This document shows positions 29,800 to 37,768 of a stretch of 64,000 bases of DNA, piece after piece. The DNA is from Methanobacteriota archaeon (GTDB taxonomy: Archaea; Halobacteriota; Methanosarcinia; Methanosarcinales; Methanogasteraceae): the NCBI GenBank assembly GCA_048634345.1, contig JAIWAP010000001.1, positions 48 through 64,047 of the forward strand, given 5' to 3'. Made by a program: the position numbers and the translations under genes. A model generated the notes under the pieces. The model was not told the origin of the DNA. It searched no databases and was given only the letters and a program-made list of their open reading frames with translations. Position 1 is the stretch's first letter. Every line of letters starts with the position of its first letter.

Positions 29800-31066
29800 C
29801 TACGATCATGTTGAGCATGAAGTACTTCTCGACGTACCGGGTCAGTTCCTCATCCGAGATGCATGAAACCCGCTCTTCCGCATCGTAGATCCGCTGAATC
29901 TCCTTTTGAATTCCCGTGATTCTCGAGTCACCTTTTTCGATGCTGACTTTCAGTTGCATCAGTTCGCACAACGCCTCCTCAACCTTATGCCGGATCACTT
30001 CCCTGCCGGATGAGTCCCCGATCAGCAACTGTCGCTCTGCTCCGATGATTTCGGGGGGATACGGCTCATAAGTGAACGGATTTCTGATTACGCCCGCTGT
30101 GTGTATCCCGCTTTCGTGAACAAATACGTTCCTGCCGACGATCGACTTGTTTCTCGGTATCCTGATCCCGATGTGGTGTTCCATATACTCTGCAAAGCGT
30201 GCCATGCAGGAGAGATCGTATTTTTCAAAACCTTCGACCCTTCTTACGAGGAATAACAGGATCTTTTCAAGTTCCGTGTTTCCTGATCGCTCCCCGATCC
30301 CGAGGAACGTCAGACTTGACCAGTTTGCCCCGTACCAGTATCCTGCAATGGCTGATGAAACACTCATCCCGAAATCGTCGTGGATGTGCGTCTCTATGTT
30401 CTTTGCGCCAAGTTCCTTGAGACTGGTCACGATCTTCGGGATGCTATATGGCGCACACATATCTGCAAACGGTACGGCAAAGCCAAGCGTGTCGCATATC
30501 CTGATGGTACACGCGGGATCGATCTCAAGAATCTCCTTAGCCAGCGGGTACACAAAACCATGCAGATCGGCGCGGGTCATATCCTCGAGGTGTGCACGGG
30601 TGCGCAGCCCGTGATCGACCGCATACTGTATGGCATCCAGATATCGTTCGCGAGCTTCCTCCCGGCTGCCAAGCTGCATCTTATCAAAGATGTGCGAATC
30701 AGAGACCGACATCAGTATCCCGGTTTCATTGATTCCGTTAACATCGAGCACAAAGTCGATGTCCGCGGGGAGTGCACGCGCCCATCCCGTGATCTCAGGG
30801 TATTCGTAACCGAGATCCTGCATATCTGCAATGGGGTCGCGATCTCGCTCATGGTACACGAATGTCTCCAGCTTCTCAACCCCGATCTCATGCAGGAATT
30901 CATAGATCTTGAGCCGGTGCTTGCGCTTGATCACAACGCCGGGCATCTGCGAGCCGTCCCGGATCGTGCTGTCGCTAATAAACACCTCGCGCCCCTCGGG
31001 CAGCACGATCTTTGGCAGATCGTCATAAGTTTTGTATATTGTATTTTCCATAAACGCCAGTCGCAA
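29765..31066 (-). CDS. LeuA/CimA/AksA-family (HMGL-like) 2-oxoacid:acetyl-CoA condensing enzyme; specificity unresolved
   Basis: DSTIRDGSQ opening motif, HIHDDFGM and the GIGERSGN TIM-barrel metal-site motifs. 433 aa without a LeuA-type regulatory domain. Confidence 0.7.
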   Translation of the reverse strand: MRLAFMENTIYKTYDDLPKIVLPEGREVFISDSTIRDGSQMPGVVIKRKHRLKIYEFLHEIGVEKLETFVYHERDRDPIADMQDLGYEYPEITGWARALPADIDFVLDVNGINETGILMSVSDSHIFDKMQLGSREEARERYLDAIQYAVDHGLRTRAHLEDMTRADLHGFVYPLAKEILEIDPACTIRICDTLGFAVPFADMCAPYSIPKIVTSLKELGAKNIETHIHDDFGMSVSSAIAGYWYGANWSSLTFLGIGERSGNTELEKILLFLVRRVEGFEKYDLSCMARFAEYMEHHIGIRIPRNKSIVGRNVFVHESGIHTAGVIRNPFTYEPYPPEIIGAERQLLIGDSSGREVIRHKVEEALCELMQLKVSIEKGDSRITGIQKEIQRIYDAEERVSCISDEELTRYVEKYFMLNMIVDGEELRDSEEN

Positions 31067-31076
31067 TACCAGTCAT

Positions 31077-31535
31077 TTATCGCGTGATTAACATCTCAGC
31101 GGTGTCTGGTTTGTATACCCAGTCTGCCGGAAGCACGCCTGTTTTGCGATAATATTTTACAAGCCGCCTGATCTTGGATTCGGTCAGTTGCAGCGCACGT
31201 TTGTTATGAATGTCCCTTTTGTTCTCACCAAGATGTGTGCGTAGTCTGAGCGCTTTGACGATGAGGTTGCGCATACCCTCCGGGAAATTTGGTGCCAGAC
31301 CATGATCCCTGATCGTATGCATGATCTTTTTATTTGTGACCAGTTTGGCATCAGGTATGCCGTACTGATCCCGCAGGACCATTCCGATCTCGCTTGAGGA
31401 CTTGTCCGCTTTCCATAACCGGACGATGTGCCCTTCGAGTTCTTCTGCATCAATCTCAACCCACGACGGTGTCTCCGTCCGGTTTGGTCTGGTCGATCCT
31501 GATTTTCCTTTTCTGCGTGAATACATTCGTGCCAT
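31077..31535 (-). CDS. rps15: 30S ribosomal protein uS15
   Basis: [18 protein letters not shown]-terminus. 152 aa, as for archaeal S15/S13e. Confidence 0.95.
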   Translation of the reverse strand: MARMYSRRKGKSGSTRPNRTETPSWVEIDAEELEGHIVRLWKADKSSSEIGMVLRDQYGIPDAKLVTNKKIMHTIRDHGLAPNFPEGMRNLIVKALRLRTHLGENKRDIHNKRALQLTESKIRRLVKYYRKTGVLPADWVYKPDTAEMLITR

Positions 31536-31713
31536 ATTGCCCTATATGTTGGAACGAACTGATTTAAGTGTTTCCTAAACCGGAGTTCCGGGACAATATC
31601 ATTCGACCGACGACAAATATCTGGCAGGACATGTATGTGCCGTCACAATGGCACGGCTGCCCGGGACCCGGGATAGTTCTGATGCAAGCGGCGGTGGGGG
31701 TATACCATAAAAA

Positions 31714-31749
31714 ACGATTTTTTCACAACGATTTTTTCACAAAAAATCG
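31714..31749. repeat. 14-bp direct duplication (ACGATTTTTTCACA x2) overlapping a perfect 9-bp-stem hairpin
   Basis: Direct copies at 31714-31727 and 31728-31741. Hairpin CGATTTTTT-CAC-AAAAAATCG at 31729-31749. Confidence 0.8.
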
Positions 31750-31917
31750 AGTAAAAACTGCCCTCCGGGTCGGAAGCCAGTTTTTGATCAAACTTTTGTG
31801 AAAAGTTTGGTGAAAAGTTTGCGAGTAAGAAATGCCCTCCCAGGTCGGAGACCAGTTTTTGATCAAACTTTTGTGAAAAGTTTGGTGAAAAGTTTGCGAG
31901 TAAGAAATGCCCTTCAG
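31749..31917. repeat. Tandem repeat, 75-bp period, ~2.2 units
   Basis: Unit CCAGTTTTTGATCAAACTTTTGTGAAAAGTTTGGTGAAAAGTTTGCGAGTAAGAAATGCCCTCC.AGGTCGGAGA starts at 31777 and again at 31852, with a partial unit before. Each unit holds the palindrome AAACTTTT-GTG-AAAAGTTT and a 12-bp direct doublet GTGAAAAGTTTG x2. Confidence 0.85.
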
Positions 31918-31920
31918 TGG

Positions 31921-31976
31921 TGTATGGGCATCAGTCGCTCTTGCGTTCACGGTCAGATTAACCACCACAAAAAATG
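31921..31976 (+). repeat. Dispersed intergenic repeat family 'C', copy C1
   Basis: TGTATGGGCATCAGTCGCTCTTGCGTTCACGGTCAGATTAACCACCACAAAAAATG is highly similar, judged by eye, to 45956-46012. Confidence 0.75.
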
Positions 31977-32083
31977 TATGTGTTTAGCTGAGGCGAAAAA
32001 CCACGAGATTGACACAAGAAGATGGTAGTACGTACAAGATATTGGTGATATGTTTGCATTTTACTGATTCCGATGGATTCTGT

Positions 32084-32153
32084 GGTTTTCAATCTTTGCG
32101 CCCTTGCGTCACCCTCGTCTTTCTCGTTCTCGTTCGCCAGTTTAACGCAAAGG
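32084..32153 (+). repeat. Dispersed repeat family 'X', copy X1
   Basis: GGTTTTCAATCTTTGCGCCCTTGCGTCACCCTCGTCTTTCTCGTTCTCGTTCGCCAGTTTAACGCAAAGG aligns with the reverse complement of 51751-51822. Confidence 0.6.
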
Positions 32154-32230
32154 TAGGGGGGATGCCTGCGATTTTTTGCATACGCGAGGGGGGGTTTATA
32201 ATATATATACCATGAAAAAAAATCGGGGAA

Positions 32231-32674
32231 CTAAAGCGCTTCAGCAACTCCTGATCCCCATGCTTCGGCATCTCCGAATGCAGGTTCGACGTCTCCATCG
32301 ACCTTGAAACTCTCAGCAACAATCTCGGCGCCGCATTTCTTGAGCGCATCCTCGAGAATATCCACTGCATTGCAGAACGTGTCCGGATAATCCTCGCTAT
32401 CACCCGGACCAAAGACCGCTGCCTTCTTGCCATCCAGGGATACGCCGTCCATCTCATCGTGGAAATCGATGAAATCGTCCTGCAACTCACCATTGCCCCA
32501 TGTGGAGCAGCCGAATATGACCGCGTCGTAATCGGCGAGTTCACCGGCGCTCGCATCTAATACATTCTTCACCGTGACATCCGCGCCCGCCTGTTTGAGA
32601 CCGGCTGCCACATGCTCGGAGAGCGCTTCTGTGTTTCCTGTGGTCGAACCATATACCAGAACTACCTTTGCCAT
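32231..32674 (-). CDS. Flavodoxin (short-chain)
   Basis: MAKVVLVYGSTTGNTE FMN-phosphate loop. 147 aa, acidic. Confidence 0.9.
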   Translation of the reverse strand: MAKVVLVYGSTTGNTEALSEHVAAGLKQAGADVTVKNVLDASAGELADYDAVIFGCSTWGNGELQDDFIDFHDEMDGVSLDGKKAAVFGPGDSEDYPDTFCNAVDILEDALKKCGAEIVAESFKVDGDVEPAFGDAEAWGSGVAEAL

Positions 32675-32775
32675 TGTTATTCCTTCCTGTGTTTCGGACG
32701 TTTTGACTGGAACTTCGAGATACGTATGCTAATTAGGTAAATAAATAACAAACCCTAACAAAAGTAGGGAAAATG

Positions 32776-32926
32776 CAAAATCCTAACTTTATTCGGTTTT
32801 TTAACCAAAACCGAACTTTGATAGGGCAAGGTTATTGATTACCTAATACGTCATGTCTCGGTAGAGGTTTCACCGTCGATAAACATCCTGACGCGGTGTA
32901 CCGGGACATAACAGAGGAGGAATCAA
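32776..32926 (+). promoter_or_regulatory. Conserved ~150-nt leader/promoter module, copy 1 (upstream of CobN-like gene 1)
   Basis: Aligns along its whole length with 37617-37768. Contains a 44-nt imperfect palindrome (32782-32825) whose centre is TTTTTTAACC (TATA-like). GGAGG lies 8 nt before the ATG. Confidence 0.55.
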
Positions 32927-35900
32927 ATGACAAGAAACTATATGCAAGACGTGCGTTCATTCGCACCGATACCGCTGCTGGTTGCAGTCCTGTTCATGGC
33001 GCTCTTAATCGTGCCGCTATCAGCAACCGCACAACCGGAAGAGAACAGGATAATATTCGTTCTCGGAACAGACGAGAACAAGGACTCGCTCTATAATGCG
33101 TCAGCAAGTACCACGCTCGAAGTTGAGATATACAATGCGTCAGTCGCCATGTCAAAGGACTTTAGCAATGAGAGCGTTGTATTCCTGGCTTCCCTTGATA
33201 ACGAGACCGTTTCGAGCATAAATCAGACGATGAACAGAAGCGCTCACGTCTTTGCGTACAATTTAAGCTCGGAGATCGACATCGGAAACGTTGTGGATGT
33301 AAACATCACCAATTACTGGGAGGCTGGCGGCGATGTGAGGATGTTGCATCTGATAACATACCTTGGCGCGAAGTTCTACGACTTGCAGACGGTGGATGTC
33401 CTGTTCATACTTCAGGAGGGTACGATCCACCGTTACTACCTCGAGGAGGTGATGAAGGAGTATACCCTTGCGAACACAACGATAAGCCTCACGATTTACA
33501 ACCGTGATCAGGCAGCAGAGAACAATCTCACATCCTTTGACATAATCGCATTGTACCACGTCACATACCTCCCATCGGTTCAGACAAAGCTTGATGAGGC
33601 GGACAATACGAGCAAGACGATATGGCTTTCCAAATCTACCTCTTTGTGGGATGTGAATGTGCCGCAGAGCACAGGAAAGCACGCGTATGATAAATACTGG
33701 ACACCCAGCGGGATTGAGAACCACCGCCGCATCCTCACCTACCTGGCAGTTACGTTGCTGGACGCTGATGAAGAGATAAAACCCGGAATAAACCTTCCTC
33801 GCAGCGGAATATTCCATCCTGATTATAAATCGGAGTTCCAGCCCTGCAAGGATTGTCTATTCCAGAATCTATCCTCTTACATGGAATGGTACACCGACAC
33901 CGGAAAGTATCACCCGGAGAATCCAACGGTCGGTCTCACGCTATCAGGTTATTACTATGCCAACGGATACTATCTTGATGATTGGATCGCAATTGTAAGG
34001 GAGTTTGAGAATAGAAGCGTAAACGTGATCCCGATCCTCGATGGAACCGATATCAGAGAGTTTTTCTTCGATGAGACCGAGAACGCCACGGTTGATATCG
34101 TCCTCTCATATATGGGGACATTCCATGGCAGCAAGGCATTCAACCTGAGCAGCATCAGCGAGAGAAAAGAGGTGATCGCACGACTTGGCGTGCCATGGCT
34201 AAATTGTATAACAACGGGACAGACACCTGTTGAGTGGGCAAACTCGACGATCGGGATTCCTACCTCGTACATAGGCTGGGCGGTCGCGCTTCAGGAACTC
34301 GAGGGTTTGATTGAGCCAATCGTCATAGGGGGAAGCGTTCTTGACGAGATAACAAACTCAAACATGAAGATTCCAATTCCCGGAAGGGCGAGTTACGTCG
34401 TGAACAGGACGCTGATGTGGACCGATCTCAAGTACATGAACAACAGCGAGAAGAGGATTGCGCTCATCTATTACTCGTATCCGCCAGGAAAGTCCGAGAT
34501 CGGTGCGAGTTACATGGACGTGCCGAGAACACTTGAGGTGCTCTTGAATGAGATGGACGGTGCTGGCTACGATCTTGGGGGGAATTTCACAAGGTACAAC
34601 ATCAGCGACCGGAATGATACGCTGTCGAACAACGGTAGCATCGTTGCCAAACTGATCACACAGGGGCGGAATATCGGCGCATGGGCGCAGGATGATGTGG
34701 ATGAACTTGCCAGATCCGGTGCTATCGTACTGGTTCCGGAAGACGACTATCTCCAATGGTTTAATGAATTTCCTGATGATATGCGAGATGTGGTGATAAA
34801 AGACTGGGGAGAGCCTCCGGGAGATCAGATGGTTTATACCGCACCAAATGGCAGCAGATACATCGTGATTCCATGCATAAAGTACGGAAACGTACTGCTT
34901 GCTCCACAGCCGTATCGGGGCTATCAGAACAGCGAAAAGCTGCTCTACCACAACTCAAGCCTGCCGCCAAACCACCAGTACATCGCCTTTTATCTGTGGT
35001 TGAAGAAGGGTTTTGATGCATCCGCACTGGTCCATATCGGAACGCACGGCACACTGGAATGGCTTCCTGGAAAACAGGTCGGGCTGGACAGCAGATCATG
35101 GTCCGAAGCACTGATACAGGACTTTCCGAATCCGTACATCTACATCGTTGACAATGTCGGTGAGGGAACGCAGGCAAAGAGGAGGAGTTATTCAGTTATC
35201 ATAGACCATGCAACTCCGCCATTCATCCCTTCCGGATTGTACGGCAATTATTCGAACCTTCATCAGGCGATCCATCACTATCTGCTTGCAAAGGAGAATG
35301 GCAACGCGCCTCTCATGAGTGGATACAAGAACACGAGCATCGGGATCATAAAAGATACGCACATCGATGAAGACCTCGGGATAAACATCTCTTATGATGT
35401 GAGTTTTGATGATTTTGAAGCTATGGTCGTCGCGGGACCGGTGCATGACTATCTGCATGAGATGATGTACACGAATATGCCTTATGGTCTCCGGATATTT
35501 GCAAATCCCATACCTGACGAGAGCGCGGTTGCACTGGTGCGTGGGATGCTGGGTGATGAATATATACAGGACATACATGCGGTGAATGCCTCCTGCGATT
35601 CTCATGATGTCGAGGAGTTCAACAAGACCGAGTCATACCGACTTCTTTATCGCGTGCTGGTCGATGGTGTGAATATTACAGATGCCCAGAACGAGATTCT
35701 TGGGAATTCATCCGCAGACGTCTCCGCGGATCTGGCGATTGCAAGGGAATATTACCAGAACATCCTCGCATCCTCTCCAAACGAGATCAAAAGTCTCCTG
35801 GACGCGCTGGACGCGAAATACATCATGCCAGCGGTCGGCGGGGATGTCTTAAGGACGCCTGATGTTCTGCCGACAGGGAGAAATTTCTATTCGTTCGATC

Positions 35901-37594
35901 CAAGAACAATTCCAACAGAGGAGGCTTATGCGATCGGGAGAGAGACGATGGACGCGCTTCTTGTGGATTACTATGAGAGAAACGGCGAATTCCCTGAAAA
36001 GGTCGCATTCGTCCTCTGGGGAATAGAGACGATGCGCAATCACGGTATTCCTCACGCCCAGATGCTCTATCTCATGGGCGTTGAACCAATATGGAAGGCT
36101 GATGGCAAGATCCTCTATTACAGCAAGCCAAAAGTAGAGAATCTGAAAATAATCGACACATCCAATCTGACGATACAGTTGACCGATGGAACAGTGATCA
36201 CGCGTCCGAGAATTGATGTTATAGGTCACAGCTCTGGCTTGCACCGGGATCAGTTCCCATGGCAGATGAAGCTTCTTGACGATGCGGTCAGGATCGTTTC
36301 GCAGTTGAACGAGTCCGAGGATATGAACTATGTGCGGAAGCACTCCCTTGCGCTGAAGGCGTACTACATGGAACTTATGGAGTCCATGAATGTAACCGTG
36401 GACGAGGAAGAAGCCGAGAAGTTATCGATGTCACGACTATTCGGACCGCCTGAGGGCGATTACGGCGTAAGAATTGCAGATGCAACATGGGCAAGCGATA
36501 CATGGGAGAATACGGACCGGATTGCGGATCAATTCATCGAACGCTCAGGAAATGTGTATATTGATGGAGAAATGTATACAAGCCCCCTTATTTCAGGCGT
36601 AGAGGTCTTCAAAGCAGCCATAAAGGATACTGATATCTCAGTATTCATAAGAAGCAGCAATCTCTACGGCGTTCTGGACGGTGATGATCCGTTCCAGTAC
36701 TTCGGAGGATTGAGTCTGGCGATTGCCCGGGTAAGTGATGGTGAACGTCCTGAGATGTGGATAACGAATGCAAGGAATATCGGCAATCCACGGATGCAAA
36801 CGCTGAGCGAATTTATGAATATGGAGATGCGGACACGCATGTTAAATCCAAATTACATAAAGGGCATGATGGAGCACGGTTATGCCGGAGCCGGGAAGCT
36901 TTCAGACCATCTGGCGAACCTCTTTGGCTGGGATGTTGTGGATACGAGATTCGTTGATGCTGCCGACTGGAACGAGGTGTACGAGGTGTATATCCTGGAT
37001 AAATACGATCTCGGAACCAAAGACTGGTTTGATGAGAACAGTCCATGGGCACGTCAGGAGATGATGGCAAGAATGCTCGAAGCTGCACGGAAGGATTTCT
37101 GGGAGCCATCGGATGAACTGAAAGCAGCACTTGCCGAAGAATACCAGCAATCGGTCGAGAAATATGGGCCCTGCTGCTGTATGGTCTGCTGCGGAAATCC
37201 GCTGCTTGATACGTACATGAAGGATATAACAAAGGCATATTCAGAGTCTCCTCAGAGCAGCGGGACCTATTCGGAGCATCAGAGCAGCAGTAGCGGTAAC
37301 AGAGACAGCACATACCCGCCCGAGCCTTCCGAAGACGGGGCAACGAATCAGACGACAACGTCATCTTCGCGAGCAGGTGTCGGGATAACCGGAGATGTGG
37401 TGCCGGAGCCACCCGCGGAAACCAGCAAACCCAGCGATACCAGTGACGCCCCAGATACGGTTGAAGGACAGGTGATGACCGAGATGAAGACCTCTTCATC
37501 GCTGCCGATATCCGGTGCGCCGCTGATGGCAATCGTTGCGGTGGTTGCAATCCTCGGACTGATCGGTACAGGGCTATGGCTTAAACGCAAATAG
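32927..37594 (+). CDS. CobN/Mg-chelatase-H-family protein, predicted exported and C-terminally anchored (CobN-like 1)
   Basis: 1555 aa. CobN signature block ALDAKYIMPAVGGDVLRTPDVLPTGRNFYSFDPRTIPTEEAY. Signal-peptide-like N-terminus (PLLVAVLFMALLIVPLSATAQP) and many N-x-S/T sequons. C-terminal Cys cluster GPCCCMVCCGNP, then an S/T/P-rich linker, a hydrophobic helix and KRK. Confidence 0.85.
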   Translation: MTRNYMQDVRSFAPIPLLVAVLFMALLIVPLSATAQPEENRIIFVLGTDENKDSLYNASASTTLEVEIYNASVAMSKDFSNESVVFLASLDNETVSSINQTMNRSAHVFAYNLSSEIDIGNVVDVNITNYWEAGGDVRMLHLITYLGAKFYDLQTVDVLFILQEGTIHRYYLEEVMKEYTLANTTISLTIYNRDQAAENNLTSFDIIALYHVTYLPSVQTKLDEADNTSKTIWLSKSTSLWDVNVPQSTGKHAYDKYWTPSGIENHRRILTYLAVTLLDADEEIKPGINLPRSGIFHPDYKSEFQPCKDCLFQNLSSYMEWYTDTGKYHPENPTVGLTLSGYYYANGYYLDDWIAIVREFENRSVNVIPILDGTDIREFFFDETENATVDIVLSYMGTFHGSKAFNLSSISERKEVIARLGVPWLNCITTGQTPVEWANSTIGIPTSYIGWAVALQELEGLIEPIVIGGSVLDEITNSNMKIPIPGRASYVVNRTLMWTDLKYMNNSEKRIALIYYSYPPGKSEIGASYMDVPRTLEVLLNEMDGAGYDLGGNFTRYNISDRNDTLSNNGSIVAKLITQGRNIGAWAQDDVDELARSGAIVLVPEDDYLQWFNEFPDDMRDVVIKDWGEPPGDQMVYTAPNGSRYIVIPCIKYGNVLLAPQPYRGYQNSEKLLYHNSSLPPNHQYIAFYLWLKKGFDASALVHIGTHGTLEWLPGKQVGLDSRSWSEALIQDFPNPYIYIVDNVGEGTQAKRRSYSVIIDHATPPFIPSGLYGNYSNLHQAIHHYLLAKENGNAPLMSGYKNTSIGIIKDTHIDEDLGINISYDVSFDDFEAMVVAGPVHDYLHEMMYTNMPYGLRIFANPIPDESAVALVRGMLGDEYIQDIHAVNASCDSHDVEEFNKTESYRLLYRVLVDGVNITDAQNEILGNSSADVSADLAIAREYYQNILASSPNEIKSLLDALDAKYIMPAVGGDVLRTPDVLPTGRNFYSFDPRTIPTEEAYAIGRETMDALLVDYYERNGEFPEKVAFVLWGIETMRNHGIPHAQMLYLMGVEPIWKADGKILYYSKPKVENLKIIDTSNLTIQLTDGTVITRPRIDVIGHSSGLHRDQFPWQMKLLDDAVRIVSQLNESEDMNYVRKHSLALKAYYMELMESMNVTVDEEEAEKLSMSRLFGPPEGDYGVRIADATWASDTWENTDRIADQFIERSGNVYIDGEMYTSPLISGVEVFKAAIKDTDISVFIRSSNLYGVLDGDDPFQYFGGLSLAIARVSDGERPEMWITNARNIGNPRMQTLSEFMNMEMRTRMLNPNYIKGMMEHGYAGAGKLSDHLANLFGWDVVDTRFVDAADWNEVYEVYILDKYDLGTKDWFDENSPWARQEMMARMLEAARKDFWEPSDELKAALAEEYQQSVEKYGPCCCMVCCGNPLLDTYMKDITKAYSESPQSSGTYSEHQSSSSGNRDSTYPPEPSEDGATNQTTTSSSRAGVGITGDVVPEPPAETSKPSDTSDAPDTVEGQVMTEMKTSSSLPISGAPLMAIVAVVAILGLIGTGLWLKRK

Positions 37595-37616
37595 CCCCCG
37601 GTTTTAGGTTTTTAGC

Positions 37617-37768
37617 CAAAATCCTAACAAAATTCGGTTTTTAAGTCAGAACCGAATTTTGTTAGGGCAATGTTCTTATTCACCTAACAGGCTATGACCT
37701 GAAAGATGTTTCATCGCCGACGAACACGCGTTCTGACGCGGTGCACCTGAAAACATAGGAGAAATCAA
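37617..37768 (+). promoter_or_regulatory. Conserved ~150-nt leader/promoter module, copy 2 (upstream of dockerin gene / CobN-like gene 2)
   Basis: Perfect 17-bp-arm palindrome CCTAACAAAATTCGGTT-TTTAAGTCAG-AACCGAATTTTGTTAGG at 37623-37666. A TATA-like TTTTTAAG spans the end of the 5' arm and the loop. AGGAG precedes the ATG. Confidence 0.55.

Noticed and set aside
28801-31087. ORFs 28801-29484 (plus strand) and 30380-31087 (plus strand), antisense to Pol IV and the LeuA-family gene.
   Set aside because: They lie fully inside confident minus-strand genes and contain no motifs. They are shadow ORFs.
31749-31917. Possible CRISPR array (regularly spaced repeats).
   Set aside because: There are only ~2.2 directly abutting 75-bp units with no unique spacers between them, and no cas genes in the window. 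This is a tandem repeat, not a CRISPR array.
31723-32028. ORFs 31723-31968 (minus strand) and 31798-32028 (plus strand), with internally repeated peptide sequence.
   Set aside because: The repeated peptides simply mirror the 75-bp tandem DNA repeat and repeat C1. Indels between repeat copies do not respect any frame, so these are not coding.
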